A DNA stretch of 64,000 nucleotides, taken from a virus. The position numbers and the translations under genes were made by a program. Within the stretch, counting starts at the first letter, position 1, and every line of letters starts with the position of its first letter. The stretch is from IMG/VR virus record IMGVR_UViG_3300035126_000631, positions 10,044-74,043 of that record. One strand, 5' to 3'. The notes under the pieces were generated by a model. That model was not told the origin of the DNA. It made no database searches and saw only the letters and a program-made list of their open reading frames with translations. Below, piece after piece: positions 21,301 to 27,378 of this stretch.

Positions 21301-22468
21301 GTTCCCCTTCATCGCGCCGTTCGTTACGTTCACGACCGAGACGATCCGGATCACGGCCAACCTCGGCAAGCTGGCCATCAACGAGCGCAAAGAAGGCCAG
21401 CGCCTTCGCGAGCAGGGATTGCGTGAGAACAATGCGGAACTGGTGCGCCAAGGCGACGAGCTTCTCAAGATCAGCAACAAACGTATGCGTGGTATGGCGG
21501 CAGTCGCCTTCGGTCCGTGGGCCGTCGGTTCTTTAGCTATGACCGCAGCCGGATTCTCCGGAGACGATGAAGAAGACCTCCGCCAGTTCCTCCCCGATTG
21601 GCAGAAGAACAGCCAGATTCTAATCCTCGGCCGCAACGGCTCCGACATTAACTATGTCGATGTCTCCTACCTCGATCCCTTTGAGGTCTGGAAGAAGCCG
21701 ATGACTGCCTTCATGCGCGGGCTCGGGCGTTCTGAGAACGTCGAAGAGTTCTTCACCGAAGCGGTGGTCGGAGCAGCCCTCGAAGCCGCCCGCCCGTTCA
21801 CCAGTGAGCAGATTCTTTCCGGCGCAGTTATGGATGTGATGCGGAACCGTGATGCCAACGGCCGTCAGGTCTACAACCCGCAGGATACGGGCACGGCGAT
21901 CGCCACAGCGGTCGGTGCTAAACTCGGTTCGGCATTCACCCCAGGGACGATGGACACCGTCGATCGCATCTATAAGGCCAGCGCCGGACAGATGAGCGAG
22001 ACGGGTCGCGCCTACCAACCATTCAATGAATGGGGCTCGCTGGTCTTCGGTCAGCGTGTCAGCGCGGTCGATGCCGAACAAGCCCTTGGCTTCAAGGCTT
22101 CGCAGTTCCTCCGCGCCCGTCGGGATGCCCGCAGCATCTTCAACCGCGACTACCTCTCCCGTGGTTCACGTTCGGAGTCCGATGTAGTAAGTGCATACCA
22201 GCGCAGCAACGCGGGTCTCCGCGATGTGACCGAGCGACTCCGCCGTGAGTATATCGCCGCGCTTAATCTCGGCGTCTCACCCGCCAAAGCCCGCAGCGTT
22301 CTTCGCGCCTCCGGACTGGACCGCGACTCGGCCCGCATGATCTCGACGGGCATCTACCGCCGTCTCACCCCGAGCGAGGAGCAGGACCGCATGGCCGCAC
22401 CGGATCGCAAGCGTGCCGCCCGCCAAGCAATTGCCGAGACCCCGCAGCGCGAAGTCCTGTTCCCGTAA
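12383..22468 (+). CDS. large polyvalent / internal virion protein (zincin HExxH domain, GNAT-like insert, LPD38-like C-terminus)
   Basis: 3361 aa. Gly/Ala hydrophobic N-terminal helices, FLHELQH...LEEF zincin motif near 17490-17770, C-terminal LPDWQKNS..YVDVSYLDPF resembling LPD38. Confidence 0.75.
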   Translation: MAWYDDPEEVRRVTAEALGLGLEDPESAEEPDLGPRLSLNTVAPDESRAVEVTEKKWWEDPDAVEAAMREAGVAVAAPMRSKRSLTGEIGAGLERGTDQTQGLLYGFSGLLGQAIGVEELEQFGLENYARKMEEAAENQASIQDPTEDIDGLGDFGLYAAGIISEQLPQLLISLGGAGLGGAAAKTAAQRIIANEVAKRTAAGMAKNEAAKEVAQLVAQNALTAAGTAAKRGAVGGAYLANFGQIAGGSFGQMAQELGEGNAAQAAAFAAPGAALDTLGEVFVAGKFLKPLSQAQRAAVEGVKPLTLGRIGGGLAGGAASGSAVEGPTEYIQTGLEQAALGSADPNRTVGDVVMTPEAERERQIAAAAGATVGGLLGGAGGVVEVAFSPRTTEALRTKRQQQQTGSELPPEQSQEQEQQQEAPADEEWSEPITIQSRNEEYNNLEYRQNKAGQVWAFNVPEVSRFGAFAIPTKYGQGVLLNPAFEGASDIRSEVKAKLAEMADPEAFKAPPVTPPKKVEENLEDADLVEGEEVASNAEELAAAAERRRLRDQEILTRDLESAAATLARPQEDAKGFVDNLKEGDQVSVLTEDGEGNAFAIPMTFVRLNQNGQAQLRSEPDEDNKVATRLYDADEFNRITTRPAEQVAPAAATTGTGIKVSPLTAPIRPAAEGEQLSEAERAQNLLYFKDVEGSKIDDNLWINSARELGVPITPETTGAIAEQEIRNRFGVERTTTKQDDPASQVLMDALGPNPTRQKLESMTGTRWTGKGSKFTWMLPDKLGGKGIPVTTRLFNRKAPAEALPIPQRSTTRGFKPEEQGGTAPAAPDIQTTGPDLIAKSSAEFVGVRKGEKNELVSARPTRGQDNATYLQEVDTAADTTIRQMNYLGQPVLVTPETAQSLAEANQFWTEHEQRQKAGTAKVDRQPVRFYTQERSDKDGNRNTFITGVTYEGRTYRVGKTPQEFSVDRALTQRGAKSRRRGLGIYDPIRIASPSRIARSEAGMASAKTEAGDGPLTEALRGVQGRAAIAELNDAENAVYGFFDDKITSPILNIQDPAVTTEVRDTALETARGKVAAAFLKAKKANPSEKTKVLPGRQRTIGEKVSDKLIAYQEAKRGLAIQALRDKFRGLSEKATAAKAAARGTGAGKALKMSPQGAMNLITRARRGQKAGIPEAKRATRDEALTALQELVDFGALDQEKKDAQIRRILDKAEKFSEVDRDFMAEQIISELAEADKALATQQGRKYSRSTAEVAQDRRLVLSTFNLLNDSSIRSLNPYNIGNSALSAAKRTATRKGMTRDEVSLDDENQGAGDEVALKASQPDDKGRIDQAKLAERGKRVGVEDAEGGEIAPFTNNIEEALNLMDELPDSDRDLFLRYAGMEIERQAGERSQTNQPLSEVDRLWAGRIKSYLDGKINRSQLEYFRNEERRLVERTTPRATPAELTNLRRGVSNEAALSGVAESRAARTPDTAPTGRAERVVGSPADPAGTVQESTAGQTGGRGVQPTPRRTRAVAAAAQRDFAGAILGLDEAETAALPQGTVDRVYQSYLATFDGVLAEQSNNPLTASAAPAADTVTADGKKMFERFAAARLNPNQQRAAIIRSNMAQAYRAGLFDEDPVVSAINKIATDKTQPMNLRLMAKEFVKNAKRGVRFDRVVLDIGRFTKPGNKQTTWAGLFSLTPEGAPVVSINLDNLHDKNSVPLTFLHELQHVVIRDKVRRAIPLTRAEEQALARLEDLRSQAVIAAARQQGIEVGATPNVNALAERLYALTDPNSTQSGAAVDNRRLAGLVNLEEFVIEMIGNPDMVRLLSELGFGEARTDGKRFSLTGALRNAWNAVVELITGAKVDPTSPLAMAFKDSWTVNFGTARNPNITEIKASKRLADRQQAQTRQQYVEGEIEARDMAGTTRDRNRIMQEITGPADTQTEAMRSSMLDAARNMTEDQWVAAARAQGFDFVDPGAVYRQARAEAVQAAPEQATGDTVQVAESRAVAQPSGQDPEKSIQEQLAEKRQQLAELRAVNREETGRRLLQLAEARGENFFQLPKNLSNSEDLLTVLESTGARFSMVNMRPPEQVEAGESREIILGSRNSVVLGRRALYEKENGEVSSGDVVRKTNSAVFIQDGKDVVRIPAERVVGIDGTIMIKEEPDPFGSVWPGKVWAVDASDGDTNAIVDSTRIYQGLYQWAANTGQKIVPDSAGTSPTGSYRRNAQQISSALRLQSAEHFIPTEAQLDLMFPEISTDSEKVTKWLGSTLEEKVGALALAEVGFVEQLLPDLVSLSYDPNTDSFLGEGTPISRDEAGKRLDNLLADPEEQDPTDPIRIGEATLVRYLAARSALQGSFRADAPVLRSESTSLDKIAYSRAVGRPFASDTATTYNGKTYTRPGLIFGENANLDPQATELVSILKRVKRAAEQYANLKGRELNRLIKKYYKDEPVPTDLINDALGNLDNPLTDQQFDEIKRLELTDPEAAVAKRIAYLGENRARFRTERQAPALLALPEELAEFLREIGGSRETPGDLYRLQEEALKLGIPKGDMATAFTENLGIYLTRSYNAFIDQEGWERTLRAEDAALGEQSRMGQFRNQIRSTLIGQRADDLLTKAQEEGRTLSRAEAERRAKEGTTTEEVDQMLESYIAYTKEEASSESFSGLRLPGRQNIKSLEQRKRLSDALREFYGQVENPAVNFVTSYAKLSSLVANHKFQTELKNLGLKEGWLWDQEKNVGQRPPSGYERIAADNDKSLKVLAGLYARSDLVRGLRETFPPNSMEAAQWWLHPFMKLTGLSMGLKTVGSMVSQIRNYWSSYAPIIAGGNMTIADWFRPEWRKNWKEAHEVSIANVFRKYGGDRQKMTNRIKRLYELGVMGESLTVGLLNDLTRLGKDASISDEQFFNNFEKILKKPGRRVWNATKQVWEKAEQVYGMTDDIFKVLTYLSEFDKYQKVYPNMSESELEKKASDIARDIHWTYSKAPAAVNELKKFPFIAPFVTFTTETIRITANLGKLAINERKEGQRLREQGLRENNAELVRQGDELLKISNKRMRGMAAVAFGPWAVGSLAMTAAGFSGDDEEDLRQFLPDWQKNSQILILGRNGSDINYVDVSYLDPFEVWKKPMTAFMRGLGRSENVEEFFTEAVVGAALEAARPFTSEQILSGAVMDVMRNRDANGRQVYNPQDTGTAIATAVGAKLGSAFTPGTMDTVDRIYKASAGQMSETGRAYQPFNEWGSLVFGQRVSAVDAEQALGFKASQFLRARRDARSIFNRDYLSRGSRSESDVVSAYQRSNAGLRDVTERLRREYIAALNLGVSPAKARSVLRASGLDRDSARMISTGIYRRLTPSEEQDRMAAPDRKRAARQAIAETPQREVLFP

Positions 22469-22479
22469 AAAGTGATAGT

Positions 22480-23073
22480 ATGATAGTCAAAGACACCCAC
22501 GTCATGCCGCCCGGAGGTTGGCGCTACATCCAGCCGGAGACGGGCTTCGAGTTCTCGGCCTCAACCCTGCGTGTGGTCATCCAAAAGGTGACCGAGCATC
22601 GCAAGGCCAACGGCCTACCCGTCGGCGATCCCTCGGCCGACATCCAAGACTTTGTCTGTGCCCAGCTTCCGGCCGGCAGTGACTCCTGCACCCACGTCCT
22701 CGATGGGGACTACGCCCTCAAGAAACACTTCACGATGGAAGACGTGAAGCGGTTCATCCAAGCGGCCATCTCCGCGCTCGGGAGCCGCGGTCTCGTCGAG
22801 CAGCCCGAAGCCGAACGCCGCGCCGCGATCTGTGCCGCCTGTCCCTTGAACACAACAGTCGGGGGATGCTGGCGGTGCAAGGGGTTAGCCGATTGGCTCT
22901 TCAAGCTGATCGGTGCGCGAAACACGGCACACGCTGGACGGCTCAATCAGTGCGGTGTGTGCGGCTGTTCTATTAAGGCGAAGATTTGGCTCCCGCTGGA
23001 TGTAGCGCAAGGAGTCAGTGAAGGATACAAGTTCCCGTCCTGGTGCTGGCTCAATGGAAACGGTCCGGAATAA
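22480..23073 (+). CDS. Cys-rich putative metal-binding protein with N-terminal PPGGW module
   Basis: CAACP, CWRC, CGVCGC and WCW motifs. Last gene of the plus-strand block. Confidence 0.7.
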   Translation: MIVKDTHVMPPGGWRYIQPETGFEFSASTLRVVIQKVTEHRKANGLPVGDPSADIQDFVCAQLPAGSDSCTHVLDGDYALKKHFTMEDVKRFIQAAISALGSRGLVEQPEAERRAAICAACPLNTTVGGCWRCKGLADWLFKLIGARNTAHAGRLNQCGVCGCSIKAKIWLPLDVAQGVSEGYKFPSWCWLNGNGPE

Positions 23074-23356
23074 TTATCTTGGACTCTTCCGCTGGTTCCT
23101 CCGGAAGCTCTTCCCCCTTCATCTTCGCAATCTCCCGCTGGAGAGCGCGATTGACCTGATTGGAAAGGGTGACCGAGGAATTGATCGCGTTAAGAAGAAG
23201 CGTCTGTTGGAAGAAGACTTGCTCCAGTAGCGCGTCTCCTTCGGACATTCCTTCCTTCTCAGCGGCCTCGTGTTTCTTGCCGAGGTAAGTGGCGACAGCT
23301 TTCAGGCTGTGGCTGTGGATGGGGGCATCGATGGGTTGTGTGTTTTCTTCAGTCAT
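23051..23356 (-). CDS. hypothetical protein
   Basis: MTEENTQ..., start overlaps the methyltransferase stop (ATGA). Confidence 0.6.
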   Translation of the reverse strand: MTEENTQPIDAPIHSHSLKAVATYLGKKHEAAEKEGMSEGDALLEQVFFQQTLLLNAINSSVTLSNQVNRALQREIAKMKGEELPEEPAEESKIIIPDRFH

Positions 23357-23880
23357 AAATCTTTCTCCAAAACAATCGCCCACGAGTAGTCGGGGAAATC
23401 TTCTTCAGCCAAAACCCTGGCGCGGATGTTGCCGGCCTTGAGCACGCGCTTCTTGAATGTCTTGAGGGAATAGTCCGCCTCTTTGTGCGCTTCGTTGATC
23501 GGCTGTCCCGTCGCCGCGCAGTGGGCCAAGAAGCGTTGCTGGTCGGGGGCTAGGATGAGAAGCCGACCGCCCGGCTTGAGCACGCGGAGCCACTCTTTAG
23601 CCATCGGGATCTGGTCCGCATAGCTGAAGTCCTCGATCAGGTGCGAGTTGTAGAGCCAGTCGAGCGTTCCGTTCTTGAGCGGGATACTACGGGCATCACC
23701 GCCGAGATGTTGCACCGAAGTCCCGACCGAGGTGTAGGGCTGGGGCATGTCGAAGGTGATGCAGTTCGGGGTGAGGGCATCGCCGCCGAAGCCGACATCC
23801 ATCCCGTAGCCTTGGGTGTAAGGCAAAAACCAAGCACGATGTTTGCTGGTTTCGCTAACGTATGAGGCGGTCGGCGTCAT
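23353..23880 (-). CDS. class I SAM-dependent methyltransferase
   Basis: MDVGFGGD motif I, SHLIED, and EWLRVLKPGGRL. Confidence 0.85.
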   Translation of the reverse strand: MTPTASYVSETSKHRAWFLPYTQGYGMDVGFGGDALTPNCITFDMPQPYTSVGTSVQHLGGDARSIPLKNGTLDWLYNSHLIEDFSYADQIPMAKEWLRVLKPGGRLLILAPDQQRFLAHCAATGQPINEAHKEADYSLKTFKKRVLKAGNIRARVLAEEDFPDYSWAIVLEKDL

Positions 23881-24116
23881 TGCACCCAATCCTCCGGTAT
23901 CTCCACATCCCACTCCCGCCCGTCCATCGGATTGCCGTAGACGCGGATATCCTCGGAGAAGAAGTGCTTAACTATGCCAGTATGGTGGAGGCGCACTACC
24001 CAGACGGAGTTTACCCCAGTGCCGGCCGAAACAATTCCATAGTCCACAAACAGAAAGGCATCACCTTGGCCGAGCGGAGTGTGGACTGAAATCGGTGCTT
24101 TGAACTCGTGGATCAT
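23877..24116 (-). CDS. hypothetical protein
   Basis: 79-aa ORF, translationally coupled in the minus-strand operon. Confidence 0.65.
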   Translation of the reverse strand: MIHEFKAPISVHTPLGQGDAFLFVDYGIVSAGTGVNSVWVVRLHHTGIVKHFFSEDIRVYGNPMDGREWDVEIPEDWVQ

Positions 24117-24365
24117 CTAATCCCAATACTTCTGTGATCCGGTCAGCTTTCCACCCATCATGCGTTCGAGCACAGCCTCGGCATCCCACGCATAGACCCC
24201 TCCCGCGTAGCATGTCTGCACCCCAAAGAGATCGCTGAACCTCTCACGGTCCAAGCCTGCCCCGTTGATCGCTTCATCCAACTCGGTCCACGGAACATGG
24301 TCCATCGGTTCACGCTTCACGTTGCAGCCGATCTGATGGAGGCGGGGGTATTCGGTTGCGGTCAT
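24117..24365 (-). CDS. hypothetical protein
   Basis: 82-aa coupled ORF. Confidence 0.6.
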   Translation of the reverse strand: MTATEYPRLHQIGCNVKREPMDHVPWTELDEAINGAGLDRERFSDLFGVQTCYAGGVYAWDAEAVLERMMGGKLTGSQKYWD

Positions 24366-24694
24366 GCTGCTGCTTTCGTTTCGCGGTATTCCCAGAGCCC
24401 GACATGCTCGGGGTGCATAAGGTCGAACAGTCTCGCTAAATAAGGGCTATGGTTATTATTGATTTTCCAGCCACCGTTATCGCTCTCTATGAGAGCACTA
24501 TGATGGCGTAGGAAATGAACAATCGTTCTGGCGCTGTAATGCTCGAAGCCTTCTTGGATGACCTTGAATGCCTCGGATTCAAAGGCTTCGTATACATGCA
24601 GATTGTCCGGTAAATACCGTAGGAAATCTTTCGTGAACATGTGCTCGTGTTGCAGCATGACACTGACTGGATCTTGTGAGGTTACTGTCACCAT
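24362..24694 (-). CDS. hypothetical phage protein
   Basis: HYSARTIVHFLRHH...WKINNNHSPYLAR, coupled ORF. Confidence 0.65.
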   Translation of the reverse strand: MVTVTSQDPVSVMLQHEHMFTKDFLRYLPDNLHVYEAFESEAFKVIQEGFEHYSARTIVHFLRHHSALIESDNGGWKINNNHSPYLARLFDLMHPEHVGLWEYRETKAAA

Positions 24695-24954
24695 AAATCT
24701 TTACAGGCCCAGTATCCCGCGGTGGATTTGTCCTTCTTGGCCGCGCAGTTGTGGCGGCTGCGGAAGTTGGCGCGGCGCTTCGGGTTCTTGTGCTTGGTGA
24801 AGTCCGACATCGAGGAGTCCCCGAAGTGGACGACCTTCGCGGTGCCAGCTTTCTTGCCCGGCACGAAGACTGACTTCTTCTTCGCGGCTGGAGTGATGCC
24901 AGCCATTTTGCGCGGTTTATACAGCGTGACCTTCTTGCCTTTGTAGGTAGCCAT
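24688..24954 (-). CDS. conserved basic viral protein (DUF5754-like)
   Basis: VHFGD..SDFTKHKNPKRRANFRSRH..K..AGYW motif common in viral genomes. Confidence 0.7.
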   Translation of the reverse strand: MATYKGKKVTLYKPRKMAGITPAAKKKSVFVPGKKAGTAKVVHFGDSSMSDFTKHKNPKRRANFRSRHNCAAKKDKSTAGYWACKDLW

Positions 24955-24956
24955 GA

Positions 24957-25094
24957 TTATCTCCGCTTCTTGGCCGAGAACCCGCCGCGCTTATTCTTCA
25001 TCTTCGCGTAGGTCTTAGGCTCGATGGTGGACTTGGACTTCGGACGGGACGTGCCCGCTTTCCGACGTTTGTTGATGTTTTCGTATAGGCTCAT
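24957..25094 (-). CDS. small basic protein (45 aa)
   Basis: Hand-translated MSLYENINKRRKAGTSRPKSKSTI...KKRR*. Confidence 0.6.
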   Translation of the reverse strand: MSLYENINKRRKAGTSRPKSKSTIEPKTYAKMKNKRGGFSAKKRR

Positions 25095-25195
25095 AAAATT
25101 CCGATCCAGTAGCTCGTCATCAGGAGCATCGCGAAGAACGCGACCAGCAAAGCCAGCGCATACTCCTCGGGTCCGATGGGGTCCGGATCTAACAT
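25091..25195 (-). CDS. small membrane peptide (34 aa)
   Basis: MLDPDPIGPEEYALALLVAFFAMLLMTSYWIGIL*, overlaps its neighbours at both ends. Confidence 0.5.
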   Translation of the reverse strand: MLDPDPIGPEEYALALLVAFFAMLLMTSYWIGIL

Positions 25196-25419
25196 CCGAC
25201 TAGTTTCCTGACCTCCTTGTCGTAGCGATCGAGGATCGCCCCGCACATACCGGACGCCTCGTCGTGACTCCCGAGGGAATGCAACCCGCAGAGGATGCGG
25301 ACCTCATCGTGGATGTCGCAGTAACGATCATAGAGTTCGATGTATCGGTGTTTCCAAGCAACGTCGCCGTCACTTTCCTCCTGAGTCAGTTTTCTTCTTG
25401 TTCGCTTTTTTGGTGGCAT
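25189..25419 (-). CDS. hypothetical protein
   Basis: MPPKKRTRR...; fills the operon gap and overlaps the upstream gene by about 50 bp. Confidence 0.5.
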   Translation of the reverse strand: MPPKKRTRRKLTQEESDGDVAWKHRYIELYDRYCDIHDEVRILCGLHSLGSHDEASGMCGAILDRYDKEVRKLVGC

Positions 25420-25690
25420 AAACTTTGTGCAAGGGCAGATTCCCAAAGACGGCGGACAGGGCTTCCTCGATGTTGGACATGACCGCCTTGGCCGCTTCCT
25501 TCTCAGCTTCTTCCAAGTCGCCTTCGGTGATCTCGGCGTGACGCTCGGCCATGTCCGTGCAACCCGCCTCATAGGCGGCGTTCCAGGTCAGGTCGAAGAA
25601 TCGGCGTAGCGACTCAGGCGTCAGGCACGGGTCGGTAGTCAGCCGAGGGTTCTGTTGGAGGAAGATCCCCCAAAGTTTCTCTTTGTTCAT
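25370..25690 (-). CDS. hypothetical protein
   Basis: Likely start MNKEKLWGIF at 25690, coupled to the upstream stop. Confidence 0.6.
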   Translation of the reverse strand: MNKEKLWGIFLQQNPRLTTDPCLTPESLRRFFDLTWNAAYEAGCTDMAERHAEITEGDLEEAEKEAAKAVMSNIEEALSAVFGNLPLHKVYATKKANKKKTDSGGK

Positions 25691-25974
25691 ACGAGGACTC
25701 CCCCGTTCTGTTTGGCCACCCAACGGCACACGTCCGAGGTCAGCCGCCCGATCTCGGCGACCGCTTCCTCGTCGATGTCGAAGAGGCGGGCATGGATAAG
25801 CTCGTGGCAGACAAGCTCGATGCCCCGATGGCCGATGGCGTCGGGGTGGAGGTAGATCGTCCGGTCGGTCTGGACGCACAGCCCGTCGTAGGCTTCGCGC
25901 CCCGGAGGGCGCTGGAGCCTGATCTTCCACGGCTTCCCGTCGATTTTGACCCGTTTGGTGCGGACTCGGCGCAT
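25687..25974 (-). CDS. minimal HExxH metallopeptidase-like protein
   Basis: DGLC...TIYLHP...VCHELIHA..DIDEEAV. Confidence 0.7.
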   Translation of the reverse strand: MRRVRTKRVKIDGKPWKIRLQRPPGREAYDGLCVQTDRTIYLHPDAIGHRGIELVCHELIHARLFDIDEEAVAEIGRLTSDVCRWVAKQNGGVLV

Positions 25975-26009
25975 CCACCACAGTTGCACAGTTATTATTA
26001 AGGGACAAC

Positions 26010-26387
26010 TCACTTGAGGGTCTTTCCGAGCGAGGGGTTGCGGATGACCACGCTTCTGGCATGGGATCGGGCGATCCGCTCCAGTTCCTCGACCGCCGCC
26101 TCGAGCGACTGGGGCTCGGGCATGGTCGCCAAGGTATACCGCACCTTGCCGTTGACCTCGGCCGGCACGTAGGCCGCGACCCGACTGAACGGGTGGTGCC
26201 GGGTATACTTGGCCCATTCGAGGATGTATCTCTTGACCCCCGCACGATTGACCATGTTCTTGGCCTCCTTGGTGTCGAGGTAGTGTTTGACCGCCGAGGG
26301 CACGACAAGGTAGCGGACGGTTGTCTGGAAGGGTGGCCGCTCGTAGGCCGGACACTCGGTTCGGGCAAGCCTCTGGATCTCAGTCAT
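26010..26387 (-). CDS. hypothetical protein
   Basis: 125-aa ORF in the operon. Confidence 0.6.
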   Translation of the reverse strand: MTEIQRLARTECPAYERPPFQTTVRYLVVPSAVKHYLDTKEAKNMVNRAGVKRYILEWAKYTRHHPFSRVAAYVPAEVNGKVRYTLATMPEPQSLEAAVEELERIARSHARSVVIRNPSLGKTLK

Positions 26388-26390
26388 GGG

Positions 26391-26720
26391 TCAGAGGGAG
26401 TAAGGGTTGCCTTCGGCCAAAGGCAGCGTCTTCGGACGCACCCCCTCGGGCTGTTCCCAGACCAGACTCTTGGGCTTTGGGGTTACCCCGTCGAAGACCA
26501 CCCGCAAGGGTAGGAGATGATGGGCCGGAGGATCAGCCAACGGCAGGAAGGTCGCCGCGACGATGACCGGAAGGGCCGCGCAGATCCGCGCCATCACGGC
26601 TCGGCAGTGCGACCACAGGGTCGGTTGCGGCTGGCTCGGGACGGACAATGCCGCCCAGAGGTAGGGATACGCCTCGGCTGGGAGGCAGGTATTGTTGGGG
26701 TCGAATTCTCGGTAGTTCAT
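26391..26720 (-). CDS. hypothetical membrane-associated protein
   Basis: MNYREFD preceded by an AGAAAGGAAACC RBS; one hydrophobic segment. Confidence 0.55.
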   Translation of the reverse strand: MNYREFDPNNTCLPAEAYPYLWAALSVPSQPQPTLWSHCRAVMARICAALPVIVAATFLPLADPPAHHLLPLRVVFDGVTPKPKSLVWEQPEGVRPKTLPLAEGNPYSL

Positions 26721-27064
26721 TTGGTTGGTTTCCTTTCTTGGTAGAACCACACGGGACCGCGCCCGACCCCCATCAATGTCGATGAGGACACGGGACACGG
26801 TGCGTGGTTCAGGGTTCATTTGGTTAATTAGACAATGTGGAGTTATTACTCGTTCAAACGGATGTTTGGGCTTACATCACGATGAGGTGATCCTTGGCCC
26901 ACTCTTTGTTGAGACCGCCGCGCTCGATCAACGCTTTCTTCAAAGCGGCTGGGGTCAAACGCTTGGCGGTTTTCTTCTTGGCTGCTTTCTTCACGGGTTT
27001 CTTTTTCATTGGTCTTGGGTTCTTTCTACTTGGTTCATGGTTCATGGTGCAATGACGGTGTGCG

Positions 27065-27364
27065 TCATACAGCCAGCCGTTCGAGTTCACGGGCGAACTC
27101 TTGGGCCAGCATGGTTTCAAAGCCCTCCTGATCGACAAGCACGATGAGCTTGCGGGCCTTGGGGTTTCTCTTGAGGACGATCAGCGCCGACTTGCGGGCG
27201 TGGGCGGGTAAGCCCTCGACCTCGGAGGCGCGGACCTCCTTGCAGAACTGCGGGGTGGGGCGGCGCTTGATGAAGCGCGGCGTCCCACCCGTAGTCCAGT
27301 CGGAGGCTTTGACTGCGCCTCCGCGTTTGTAGATTTCCAACGTGTTCTTGTGTGTTCCTTTCAT
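27065..27364 (-). CDS. hypothetical protein
   Basis: Strong AGAAAGGAAACC RBS. Confidence 0.65.
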   Translation of the reverse strand: MKGTHKNTLEIYKRGGAVKASDWTTGGTPRFIKRRPTPQFCKEVRASEVEGLPAHARKSALIVLKRNPKARKLIVLVDQEGFETMLAQEFARELERLAV

Positions 27365-27378
27365 GGTGGTTTCCTTTC

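Noticed and set aside
12893-22081. Long antisense ORFs (for example 17072-18472, 19442-20698, 15287-16306) opposite the giant gene
   Set aside because: Expected shadow frames of high-GC3 coding DNA, with no motifs or RBS.
25370-26368. 332-aa and 222-aa minus-strand ORFs as called in the track
   Set aside because: Their upstream parts are off-frame overlaps of the 26010-26387 gene; only the C-terminal portions from 25690 and 25974 look like real genes.
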